Assembly: GCA_020536535.1 (NCBI GenBank) | Contig: JAHLWZ010000952.1 | Location: 1 to 38,943 of the forward strand | Reading direction: 5' to 3' | Source: Pelomyxa schiedti | Lineage: Eukaryota > Protista > Evosea | Length of the DNA: 38,943 bases | Shown: positions 23,918 to 35,300 of the stretch, piece by piece | Layout of the letters: the number at the start of each line of letters is the position of its first letter | How positions within the stretch are numbered: the stretch's first letter is position 1 | Translations under genes and position numbers: made by a program | Notes under the pieces: generated by a model | The model's input: only the letters and a program-made list of their open reading frames with translations | Database searches by the model: none | What the model was told of the DNA's origin: nothing

Positions 23918-25392
23918 ATGACAACGGTTACATTGGCGGACTCATGTTCTATTTTGAGCTTGCCTCTTGTTCTCGTACAGTAGGTGCACCTGCAGTTGTA
24001 GTTTCTCCCATAACCCCACACCAAATATTGCAAATACTAAACACCCATTGAACTGTGAATTGAAAAGGGCAAATAAAGTAAAAGGCTTTTTCACAACCTA
24101 TACTCACTCAGCAAAGAGAAGTGGCACTTAGGTTGGATGCAAGGTCATTGTGTAGGTTCTCTCAGACATGCAGAGCATTGCACTCTGCATTAAGTGACAA
24201 TGCCTTGTGGAAACAGGTTTTTATCCAACATGATTGGGGCTGGTTTTTCCTGGCTGTACTGAGGGAAAAAGTTACATTGGATAAGTAAGAGATTACTCTG
24301 AAGAAGTTCAGGCACTTACTTTGAGAACTCCCAGGTATGATGGTGATTGGAAATCACTTTATGCCAAGGCCTATAAAAGGACTTCCCCTCTACAGAATGG
24401 TCGATTTTGTTCTAGCCCCATTGTTGGGTGTGGGAAAAAACCTGCATCTATCTTAATTAATCTTATTAAATTTCCACAGGAGAGTGGTGGATTGGGGTAC
24501 TTTCTACAAAGCAATTTCTTGGCTATTTCCCAAGAGAGAACAAAAGATTTTTATGTCTGGCTTAGGTGGTGCAGGTAAGCGTTGTTTTTCATCGAGTGTC
24601 ACAAATTTAAATATATTTAGGTAAGACAACATTTCTGTATAAACTTAGTAGAACCTACTGCCGTTCGGACGATCTTATTATCTCAATTCCCACAATTGGA
24701 TTTTGTTTGTTGAACCTTCATTAATTCTGCACTAACTGCGTTGTCAGGCATTGAGAATTTATCTATGCGGAACATAGATTTCACTTGCACAGTGAGGGTT
24801 TCTTCTCTTTTGCACTTGACCAAAACTCTCAGGACTGTGAAGATGGTCACTGCCACTGTACAAGCTGCCTCAGCTCTGCACTTAAAAACCACGACATTGC
24901 TCGCGCCAAGAAAAAATTTAGTGCTGCGTGGGCTCCAAGTACCTTCCAGTATCACGTCTCACTTGGGTTGCTAACGATTTTGCTAGTCTTTGAAAACTCC
25001 AAGGCCATAATTTTCGTTGTGGATTGTGCAGCAGAAGATGATTATCTCTATATAACAAGAGAGTACTTATATAGGGTATTTCATTATTTACACCCACCAC
25101 TCTTTTCATGCCTTCTCAGTTCTGCCTGGATGACCATTTTGCCTCTGTTCCACTTCTAATTTTGGGTACTACTCCCACTCCTTTTTTCTTTTTTTCCTGG
25201 ACTTACCAAAACAAAGCAAATAAAATTGACTTGCCAAACGCGCGGACTGAGGCAAACCTCTATTCCTTACTGGAACTATCACTGCTTAATTTACTTGCAC
25301 CCACAAGACCGTGGGTGTTGTTGCCCTGTTGTGCAACCTCTGGACAGGGCATTAAAGAAGCCTTGGAATGGCTAAGTGCCGTTTTGGATTAA
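23918..25392 (+). CDS. F-box domain fused to a divergent Arf/Arl-family GTPase
   Basis: Spliced SILSLPLVLVQEVALRLDARSLCRFSQTCR..DNALWK (F-box), then DWKSLY, then Arf-like KIFMSGLGGAGKTTFLYKL, IPTIGF, AIIFVVD, ANKIDL, CCATSGQGIKEALEWL. One junction near 24217-24290 is unresolved. Confidence 0.75.
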
Positions 25393-25444
25393 AAGATATT
25401 TGTTTGCATGGTGCATCCTTAGTTTCCGAATATAACTTTGTGTT

Positions 25445-28400
25445 TTACTGTTTGTCTGCCAAATAGGCATCATCAGTGTCAATGGTAAGTGGTTCCAGAG
25501 GTGAACCATGCTGTGACTCAACGAGAAGCTGGTCTTGCTGGTCATTAATGAAAAGTGCTTCTGAGCTTGTGCTTGTTGTGGTTGTCAGTGGCTCCTCAGA
25601 GAGCGGTATTAGTAATGGCTGAGCATCAGGCTCAGCCTCAGGGTCAGGGTCGCCATGGCTGTTGTGGTTGTTGAGTTCTTCGTTTTTGACAGCGTGGTAA
25701 GTGCTATTCTTGGAAGAGAACAGAGACTCCCCCTCGAGTAGGAGAGGCAGCAGAGCGGGCGTTTTTCTTCTCACCCTGAGGCGGTCTCTCTCCAGCCCAA
25801 GGCCCCGCTGCTTCTCCCTCTCCAGGTCCCGCCTCACGGTCTCCAGCTCGGCCCGGGTGGTCTCCAGCATCCTCTTGGCCAGCTCGGCCTCGGCTCTGGC
25901 CGCGGCGATGTCCAGCTGGGCCGCGGCCACTTCGAACTTGGAGACTTCCGCGACGTGGGTGGCGATGGTGACTTGGTGGCTGGCTAGGGCCGTGTAGTGC
26001 TTGAGGTCGAATTCGTGGTTGTTGGGGGTCACGGATATGGGAACTTCGCCGGGTTGAAGTGACTGTTGGACTTGGTGTTGGTAGAGTGATAGTTGCTTTT
26101 GTGGGTCCGGTTGTATCTGAATGATCATCGTGGGTTTAATTTGGTTTCTGGCTTTTTTGGTGTTGGGTTTTTAGGGGATAGTGTTAGGTTGGAAACAAGA
26201 TGGTAGGGTAGGTATTACTTACTGGATAGTGGTACAAATAGTTTTGTTGTGTCTTCGTAAATCAGGGCATTGGCTACTTTGTTATCCACTTTCAATATCT
26301 CACATAATTTATACACAAGCTCATTGACTGACGATATTGCCAAGTCAAATTTTCTTTTTACATTTCCACAGGATACTACACCCACAACGTATATGAGTTG
26401 TAGAAGTGATTCCATAAACTTTTTCCCTCCCAGCACATGCTCCACCCTCTCTCTCCAACATTCAGGGAACATTGCCCCAGCACTGAGTAAGAATCTTGCT
26501 ATCTCAAGAGCTTCATCATCAGGTTTCTTGGTAATCATCTTGTTTCTTTGCCGCACACAGCAGTCTGAACAAAGGAAAAAAGAAGGGCAAAGCACACAGG
26601 CCATAAATGGAGTTCCACTGGCTGCTCCCCACAAGCCGCAGCCTGCACACCATAAAGGGGGTGTGCAGGCTCTCTTCATCACGGTATTTAATTGAGTATG
26701 TGAGGTAAACACTGTAAGACCGTGCTCCCGTATGCACAGGAACTAGTTGACAGTGAACCATACACAACAAAGCGGAATTTTTACCTTATTCCTTTCCAAA
26801 AGAGCTATAATGAGCGGCGTTTTCCCATTCTCACATTGCGACATCATGAGGGGAGCAGTATTCATATCAATACCACTTTCCACCAAGGCATTAACAACAG
26901 CAAGAGAGCTGCATCTACAAGCAATACGGAGTGCTGTTTGTGCACCAGGTGTCCTCATACCCTTTCCCCCACACACCAAAAGCTGAACAACAACGTCTGT
27001 TGTTCCCCTTGCACAGGCAACATGCAGAGGTAAAGTTCCATCCACTATATTTGGCACTGCTGCACCTCCACCGACACATACAAGTACGTCAACAACAGCG
27101 GCACACCCCCTAACTGCAGCAACATGTAGTGGGGTCATCCCGCATGCTCCTATGCCACAGCTAGCACCACTCACCCCACTCTCCACCAACAGTGAAACCA
27201 CTCCCACATGGTTATTACAACTTGCAATAGCCACGGGAGATATGCCATCCTTTCTTGTCTTGCTCACATCTAAGCTGGGGTTCCCTTTTTTGAGTAGGAG
27301 GTCCACAATCTCAGTATAGCCTTTTTGACTGGCAACAAAAAGAGGGGAGGCACCATCCCGGAGGTTCCCAAGATTGACATCGACACAGGTGGATAGGAGT
27401 ACATCAACACACGCACAGTGACGGTTTTGGCAAGCAACGTAAAGAGGGCTAGTACCATTCTCTTTGCTTTGTGTATTATCATCTGTCGTAACGATGGCAT
27501 TTGGGTTCGCACCAGCGTTGATGAGTGATACTGCAACACTGGTGTGGCCATTTTGACAGGCAAAAAAGAGGGGAGTTGCATTATTGAGCTGAAGTGTACA
27601 ATTCGGATTTGCACGCCCTTTGGATAGTAAAATATCAACAATGTGTATGTAACCGTACCAGCTCGCTATATGCAGTGGTGTTGCGCCTTTACGTTCAGAT
27701 GTTGTTGGTGTGTTAGAATCGACTGTATTGGGAGGGGCACTGTTCTCAAGAATTTCTGAACTTCCGTCAGTGTGTACTTGGGATTCCAAGAGATCAATAA
27801 GGAAATCTACAATATTTGTATGACCTCCCTCACTAGCAGCAAATAGTAGTGTTGGAGACCCAGGGATTTTTGGGTGGCGTGAGTGCAAGAAGTTTGGATT
27901 TGATCCTAGTATGTGGCTAAGAGTAGAATAATCTCCGTCTCCTGCAGCTTGGAAAAGTTTGTCCATAACGGAGCCATTGTCTGTATAGGAAACTGGTTTG
28001 ACTGTATCCTCACTAGAACTAGGAACCAAAATTGCTCCATCATTAAGGTCATCTTGCTGCCCACTATCAATGCACCCGGTGATGGGTTCACTGCCATCAT
28101 CATTTTGCACTGGTGGATTCCCAGCTTCACGGACTCGAAATTTCTTCCTGCGCTCATGAGAAGCGGGAGCAGGCAGGGGAAGTGCCAAACTTGTGGGGTG
28201 CTCACAAGCAGTTACAGAGGTGGTAGTAGTGGTAGTTGTCGTGGTAGTCGTAGCGGTGAATGGTTGAGCGTCAGGGGATTTTGCAGGTTCCGCAGCGGAA
28301 TCGGGGGATGTCAATTCTGGTGTCCTTGGTGGAGAGACAGTTTGAGGTTGTGATGGAGGTGTGGATGTTATGGAAGTTGTTGCCTTTGTTGGTGTTGGGA

Positions 28401-29018
28401 GGTGGATTTTATGTGGTGAAGGTGACCTTGAAGGCGACCTTGAAGCTGGGGGTGAAGGCAAAGGTGATGGAAGGGGAGATACATTCAACATATTGGAAGC
28501 CAGGGTGGACTTACTCATGGGAACATATTTCGAAAAAGTAGGCATGGAGGGGTTGAAATTGAAGTTGTGGAAGTGGGTGGCTGTCGCCCTGTACGGAGAG
28601 AAAGGCATTGAGCCAGTCAGGAATCTCTTTGAGAATGGTGTGATATCTGAAGGTGATGCCGTGGGTGTCACGTCATCCTCCTGCTCTTTGTCACTGGGCT
28701 CCTCACTATCTGGAGGTAACTGAACAAACTTAGCAGAAGCAGCACTGCCAACTAATCATAAAAAAAAAAAAAAAAACAACAATATCAAATTAACAAAGAA
28801 GAAACGGAATAAGAATGGCGAGGAGAAGAGAGGAGGGGAGGGAAAAAGAAGAAGAAAAGAAAAGAAAAAAGAAAGACAGGGGGGAGACACAACGTGCTTG
28901 CAAGGCAGATCTGAAGAGACGAGCAGGGGGAGTGAGGGCCCTGTGGGGGTGTGGCGGTGACGGCGATTCCCTCTCCCTGGCAGCCGAGGGGCTCGCCACG
29001 ACGCGGTCCCTCAGCCAT
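25445..29018 (-). CDS. Ankyrin-repeat protein with Ser/Pro/Thr-rich N-terminus, ZZ-like zinc finger, possible PB1/Ubl-like domain and C-terminal coiled coil
   Basis: ATG at 29018 sits in a GCCACCATGG context. About 10 ankyrin repeats (TPLHIA, TPLFFAC, SPLYVAC, SPLFVAS, TPLHVAA). CAGC..CVLCPSFFLCSDC finger. Heptad-like AAQLDIAAARAEAELAKRMLETTRAELE. Checked splice phases are compatible. Confidence 0.85.
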
Positions 29019-29054
29019 GGTGGCAACTCAAACGGCTTGCCAAGGTGCCAAAGT

Positions 29055-29116
29055 GTTGTTTGTTAGTTTGAGTGAAAAGTTTGTTTGGTTGGGTGTTTGT
29101 TTGTTTGTTTGTTTGT
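29055..29116 (+). repeat. Imperfect (GTTT)n microsatellite between two divergent genes
   Basis: gtttgtttggttgggtgtttgtttgtttgtttgtttgt lies between the ATGs at 29018 (-) and 29312 (+). Confidence 0.75.
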
Positions 29117-29311
29117 GGTGCTTTGGTTGGGATTGTCGGTATTCGATACGTACTGTGGACGCGTCTTGATCCAGCTGTGTGGTGGGAAAAGCAAAAGAAG
29201 AAAGAAAAAAGCAAACGCGAACGCACTCGCTGCCGCAATAATAATCAACGACGAAATTGTTTCTTCGATCTCGGGGGATCTAGAAGACCGACCATCCAAT
29301 GGGATAAGATC

Positions 29312-32300
29312 ATGGAAACTTCAATAGGGTGCTCAAACATGCAAAACAGCGCCCCTAGTGGCTTGCCTTGGACCAGCTTGTTCCTCCCTTCATCAAATAT
29401 CTGTGATCGGGGATCTCTTCGGAAAATGGAACGAAACGAAAAATTAAAATTTAACAACAACAAAGAGAGAACCTTTGCGTTAATGTTGCCTGTTATTAGG
29501 GCCAAGCCCGGTGCACCACGGGCGGCATTACCGAAAACAAAACGCCGTAGAACGGGATCTGCGACATCGTCCAGGGTGAAGTCTAAGCCCATTCCGAAGG
29601 AGATTGCGCTGCCCCAACGTAAAACCGCGTCGGCGACTCCGCTCAAACTGACCCAGATCTTTCCGTTGCCACTTACATCGATCGAGAGATCTCCTACCGT
29701 AAAAGACAAGCTCGTGTCTCTGCGTGACTCGGAAAACGTCGCGCCCGAAGCAGCGACTGCAGAGACTTCGTTGACAAGACTTGTCACTCCCGGCCAAGAG
29801 CTTGAAGCAACTGGCGCAATTCCAGTTGGGAACAAAGTGGCATCAGGCCCGCTTTCTGGCCAAGTTTTCTGTTTCACGCCAGATGCTTTGTTTCTGAGGG
29901 AACTGAGGAATGCCGTGCGCGCTCAGGGTGGGGCAGTATCGTATTCACTCAGTAAGAAAACCACTCATGTGGTGGCCACGGAAGAAGAAGTGAAGGGATT
30001 TGAACTTGCTGAGGTCACAGATGTAAATGAGAGTGATCATACACCCCACTGTTCACCAAGTCCTAGTGATGTAAATAAAGCTCTCAATGATAGGAGCCAG
30101 ACAACTAGAGGTAACCTATGCAGAGGAAGCATTTTGGCAAGGGCAAAACTGATGAAAAATGTCTCCATTGTCACACCTGACTTTTTCACTGGCTCCAAAA
30201 CTGAGAAGACAGGCCAGCTAGCACCTCAGTCTGACAAAGATCCTGTAATCCCACATTTGAACCACAGCTCTGTTTCCTTGAACAGTACCGATGAGCCAAA
30301 GACTGTCTCAACTCCATGTGAAGAAATTGATCCCATAGTTGGAAAAGAAGTCACTGAGATACCACTTGAGGACACACTATTAAACGAGATAGACAAAATT
30401 GAAAGAAATCAAGTTGAAGTGAAACCCAACCAGCAGGAACCTAAATCTGTACATGTTTTTCTCTATGAGTTGCAGTTTTCATGTTGAGTACTCAATTCTT
30501 TTAGTCTGGCTCAGGACCACCTAACTACCGCAAGCCTGCTTACAGTGGGCTCACCCGTGTTTATAACTTTGAGGACCCAGGCCAACCAAGTTTTCCAGAA
30601 GAATATACAATCCTTAATCGCAAAGTTTTGCACGTTGTCACAAACTTAAATAATAACACACTAAAATCACTTTACAGTGTACTGACCTCTCTAATAACGA
30701 AAATAAATACTACTGCCTAGAGCTCCACTATGGTGGTTACTCCAATTACAGGCAAAAAAAATCACAGTAGCTTATAAACCCTTACTTCTATTCAAAAGAG
30801 TGTTTACACACTGGGGAAAGACAGATGAAATAGATTGGAGACGTTCATCTTCCTGTGGGCAGAAGCAATGCAGATATGTTCACACTGAGGTGCAGGCACA
30901 GGTACTCACAAGTTTGTGTTTCAAGGTCTCACATATCGTCTCTAGACTCTGTTCCAAATAATTCTGGATGAAAAATTATCCGAATACAAGCAATATAAGG
31001 TCTCCTTCTGATTTTTCAGTTTTCTTATCTGTATCTACAGATTGTGGACCTAAATGTCTCTACTATTGGGTCAGATAAGGTTTTCTTTCACAGGTCTTAA
31101 TTATTCCTCAATCTGTTATCACAGGGCATTGAATCCGGAAATGCCAAGGCACCAACAGTACCAACAGAATCTCACACACCAAGTTCCAGTATCAACTTAA
31201 CACCAAGTGTGGCCCACCTTGTTTCTTTGTTATTCTCTGAAGCAACTCAAAGTTTAATATCTCAGGTAAATATTTCGAGAAATACCTCCACCTCTCACAT
31301 TTTTCTGCAGTTGAATGTACTTATAACTGCACGCGGAATAGAAACTCCTTTGGGAGTTCTCACTTCCAATCAAGTGGCAAAAGGAAGAAGCATCCTCGAT
31401 AAAATTCAGAGTATCCTCTTGATGGTAGTTAAAATATCACACATAGACCCTCATTATTTCGTAGGCAGGACCTCCTGGAGATATCAAAAAGCTCTCTGGT
31501 GAATTCTATTCCCTAATTCCCCACAAAATTGGCCAGAGGTTTTTTGTAAAGTTTTGTTTTTCCATACTCACTTGTTTTAGCAAGTCACAAATAAGCTCTG
31601 CTCTAATCAACAATCTTTCCTTACTTCATCAAAAACAAGAATTACTGCAATTGATGGATGATGTCCTTAGAGTAGGTTTCTGTTGGATATTGTAATATTT
31701 GCTTATATATTCATGGAAAGGTTCTTAGTACCGGTGAAGCATCTGAATCTGCTCTTCTGACAAGTAAATATCGAGCTGTGTGTATTAATGCACAAATTTG
31801 CTTTGTATTCACACCAACAGCTCCACTGTACAATTACAGAAGTTGAGGAAGGGACTCCCGAATATCAGCGCCTTTTGGAATGTATGTGTGCTCCAAGTAA
31901 AAAAAGTACTGTGTCAGCACTTGGCTTGCATGTACTACACATTTGGCAAATTAGTCGAGAAGAAGACAGAGACACATTTACTTCAACTATTTTCAACACT
32001 AAACTTCTATTCCATGGTTCCAAAGCAGGTTTGAGAAATAAGATGCTTATTGGGGCTTACACTTCTGAAAGGTAACTGGCTGGGAATTCTATCACGTGGG
32101 TTTCTGGATCCAAAAACAGTTTTATCCATGGGTGTGTCCAGAACTGATGAGGGTCTTTTGGTAACTTTTTTTACTCTATGCCGCTCTTTGAGGAAAAAAT
32201 AGGGTACTGGACTATATTTCACTCCTGATCCTCTCACAGCAATCAAGTACACAACTGGTAACAAGACCTGAAAGACATTATGCCAAGTTCCAATTTAGGA

Positions 32301-35300
32301 TCGAACCGCATTATTGCAGCAGCTACCGTCGCTCTTGGGAATATAAAAGATTACTACACTCATATGCCAACACTTGTTTCACCTCCTCAGAATTACCATT
32401 CTTGTCATGGCGTTAAATCTCAACCTGAGCTCCACTCAGAATTTTCTGATGATGAGTTGAGTTTCTCGATTGCATTGAAATATTCTCTAATGTGGACACT
32501 AGATATGTCATATATGACAAAACTCAACAAAAACTTGAATACCTTGTCGAATTTACCTTGGAGAACGATTCAACAATGGTTACTGAAGAAAGTATTATAG
32601 CTGACAAGCCGACTCAAAATCTTCAAACTCTGGAATCAGAAAAACCAGCTCTAAGACCTTCAAACCCCACCTCCCAATCCCCTTCACCACCGAAGTCACT
32701 CTCACAACCTCCGTTAGCCGAGCCAATTCTGAAGGCTCCAAGAACAGTAGCTAGAGTTCCTACAGTACAGGAACCAACCACTAGTGTCAGGAAGACGCTT
32801 CCCCATTCATCCCAAGCCCCACTTCATTCCAATTTTCTACCTGTAGCCACAAGCAATGCCCCTCAAGCAAGCTCCAAACCAAAGTCTCCACATCCAATTA
32901 CTGTAGAATTCCTGACCACTGCCCTTCCACGATATGCTTCCTGGGTTGCAACTTTACGGGTTGATTATAAATCAGAACTCATGACATGGGAGAAAGCAGG
33001 GAAATCGGGCCAATTTTTTTATGTTGGTGTGTTCTTTTGAAATTTTTTTATCTGTGTTAACAGGAAACAGATCTGAGTGACTGGAAGGTTTTCCTAATTA
33101 CTTTTTCTCCACTCTAACTTCAAAAGCAACGCTCCATAAGAGCTACAGGGTTTGCTGACGTTGCTCATAAGTTATTTCCATTTTTTGAGGAAGGAAAGGT
33201 GTACAGTATCTCCCACTGCATCATCCAACCTTCTCGTGAGACCTATGGAGTGATTCACAACCCTAACCAACTGCTTTTTACTGCTGAAACAAGCGTTGAT
33301 TTATCTACTGGTTTTTTTTGATAATCTCTAAACGCAATGCTTACTCTACTAAAGACCACAATCCATTCCCTCCTGTTTTGGCTCATTATCTCCCTCTAAC
33401 TACTGCTCTAAAGAGGGGTCATCAAGCTGTTGTTGGTACGCGTTCCTGCTGTCTTCAGCCACCTAACATTCTGCTCAGACGTCGTGGGTTGTGTATCAAG
33501 TATTGGCGAGTTGAACTCTATTACAGCAGCCAGCACAGGGAACGCCATTCCTACAGTAAGCTGTACCTTATCATTATTTCTCCTAATATTTTAGCGACAA
33601 GTTCAACTTCGAGACAAATCTGGATCGGCTGTTCTGCAGGTGTGGTACGCTACAGCCACAGAATGCCCCTTCTCTGTCAACTCCATTATTGCCTTGAGAG
33701 GCGTTTTGGTAAATGACTTCCAAGGTATAAACCCGTTTGACCCTTTTCTTCTTACCAGAACTAGACGTAAAGACACTGTCAACAAAACATGCTTCCTTCC
33801 ACCTCTACATTGATAAGACCGATATTCCGGAAGTCGCAGATCTTAAAAAATGGTACCAACCAGGGGAATAATCTCCATTTAATAAAGCTGAGGATGGAGA
33901 AACAAGTGAGTCAAGAATCTCTTGTATTAAAAGTGCCACCAAGCCAGAGGTAGTTACGTTTTTTCCCCTTATTTGCAAACTTGTTTTTTTAGCACTATTG
34001 AACAAGACATCCCGTCCTTGCAAATCCCTGAAGTGAATTCTGTTGTGCAACGATGGATGGTACCCTCTGGTAAACTTGAAGTTCCCTCCATTCAACCAGA
34101 CTCAATCTCCAAATCCCTCTGCGGTATCAACAGAAATGCCACTTCATTTCCCTCATAATACTAGGGGAACACCTATCGTGGGACTCTGTTCAAGTGTGCC
34201 AATGGCTCGAGGACACTCTAAATCTTCCCCAATATTCTCCTTTATTCAAACAACAACAAATTACTGGAGCTATCCTGGAAACCCTTTCTGACAGTGACTT
34301 ATTGAACTATTTGGGTGTGAGTTCTTTGGGTCACAGGAAAGTTATTATCTCTGCCGTAGAAACATTAAGGCAAAAAACAAGGTTCTATCACACAACGTGG
34401 TTACAATTTCCAATCCTCTTAGGGACACTAGAGCACATCTCATAGAGACAATTGTTAAGGATCATGAAACAATCACCGAGTTCGCTCGTGAGTTGAGATT
34501 ACGTGTCCAGAAAGATGCTGCAGTGGATTGGGCTGGCTTTTCGTCCTTTTTATCTAACATGTGCTCGCCAGCACTTGCACAAATTGTCTTATCTCACCTC
34601 AGTCCACCTATTCTCAAGAGGTAACTAAGCCTCTAAGACCAACAAAAAAAGTTCTCTTTCCTTCCTTCATTTCTCTCAGACTTCAAGAGTTCGGCCTAAG
34701 AAACAATCTTATAACCAATGCAGTTATAAACCTCTCTTTGAATAATAACGAAGCAGTTTTGAAAGATTCACTGGCCAGTCGTATCTTCCCATTCAGAAAA
34801 AATAGTTCTATATAGAAGTGTAAATAAGAACATGACTGTGTTTGAAGGACCTTTTTCAATTACTTCGTATAGAGTCAAAAGAAGTAGAGGTCCCAAACCG
34901 GCTTTTACTTAATCCGTTTTCTCATCTTGATGACTTGTGTGCACGTAAGCTCGATTCCAGTGAAGAACTTGGACTTGAGCTGATATCAGCATCCCAGTTA
35001 CCACAAGACACCCTTGATGTGAGCATTCTGATTTAGCTGCAATTCACATTGAAACATTCAAAGCACTGTTTCAGATGGAAGATAGGACATTCCCCTATTG
35101 TCAGCCTTAAAGTATTTAAAGCTAACTTCAGCCTTTTCACACGCAACTTATTGAGGGACATTGATTGGAGGTATACACTCACTGCCATACGATTTTCTCC
35201 TTGACGCAGTAACAGGAATATTGCTCTCTGCGGGGGTTCTGTATTAGCCTCTCTTCTCCTAGCTCCGAAAACAATTCCCTTGGAAGATTGGTACTTTGGG

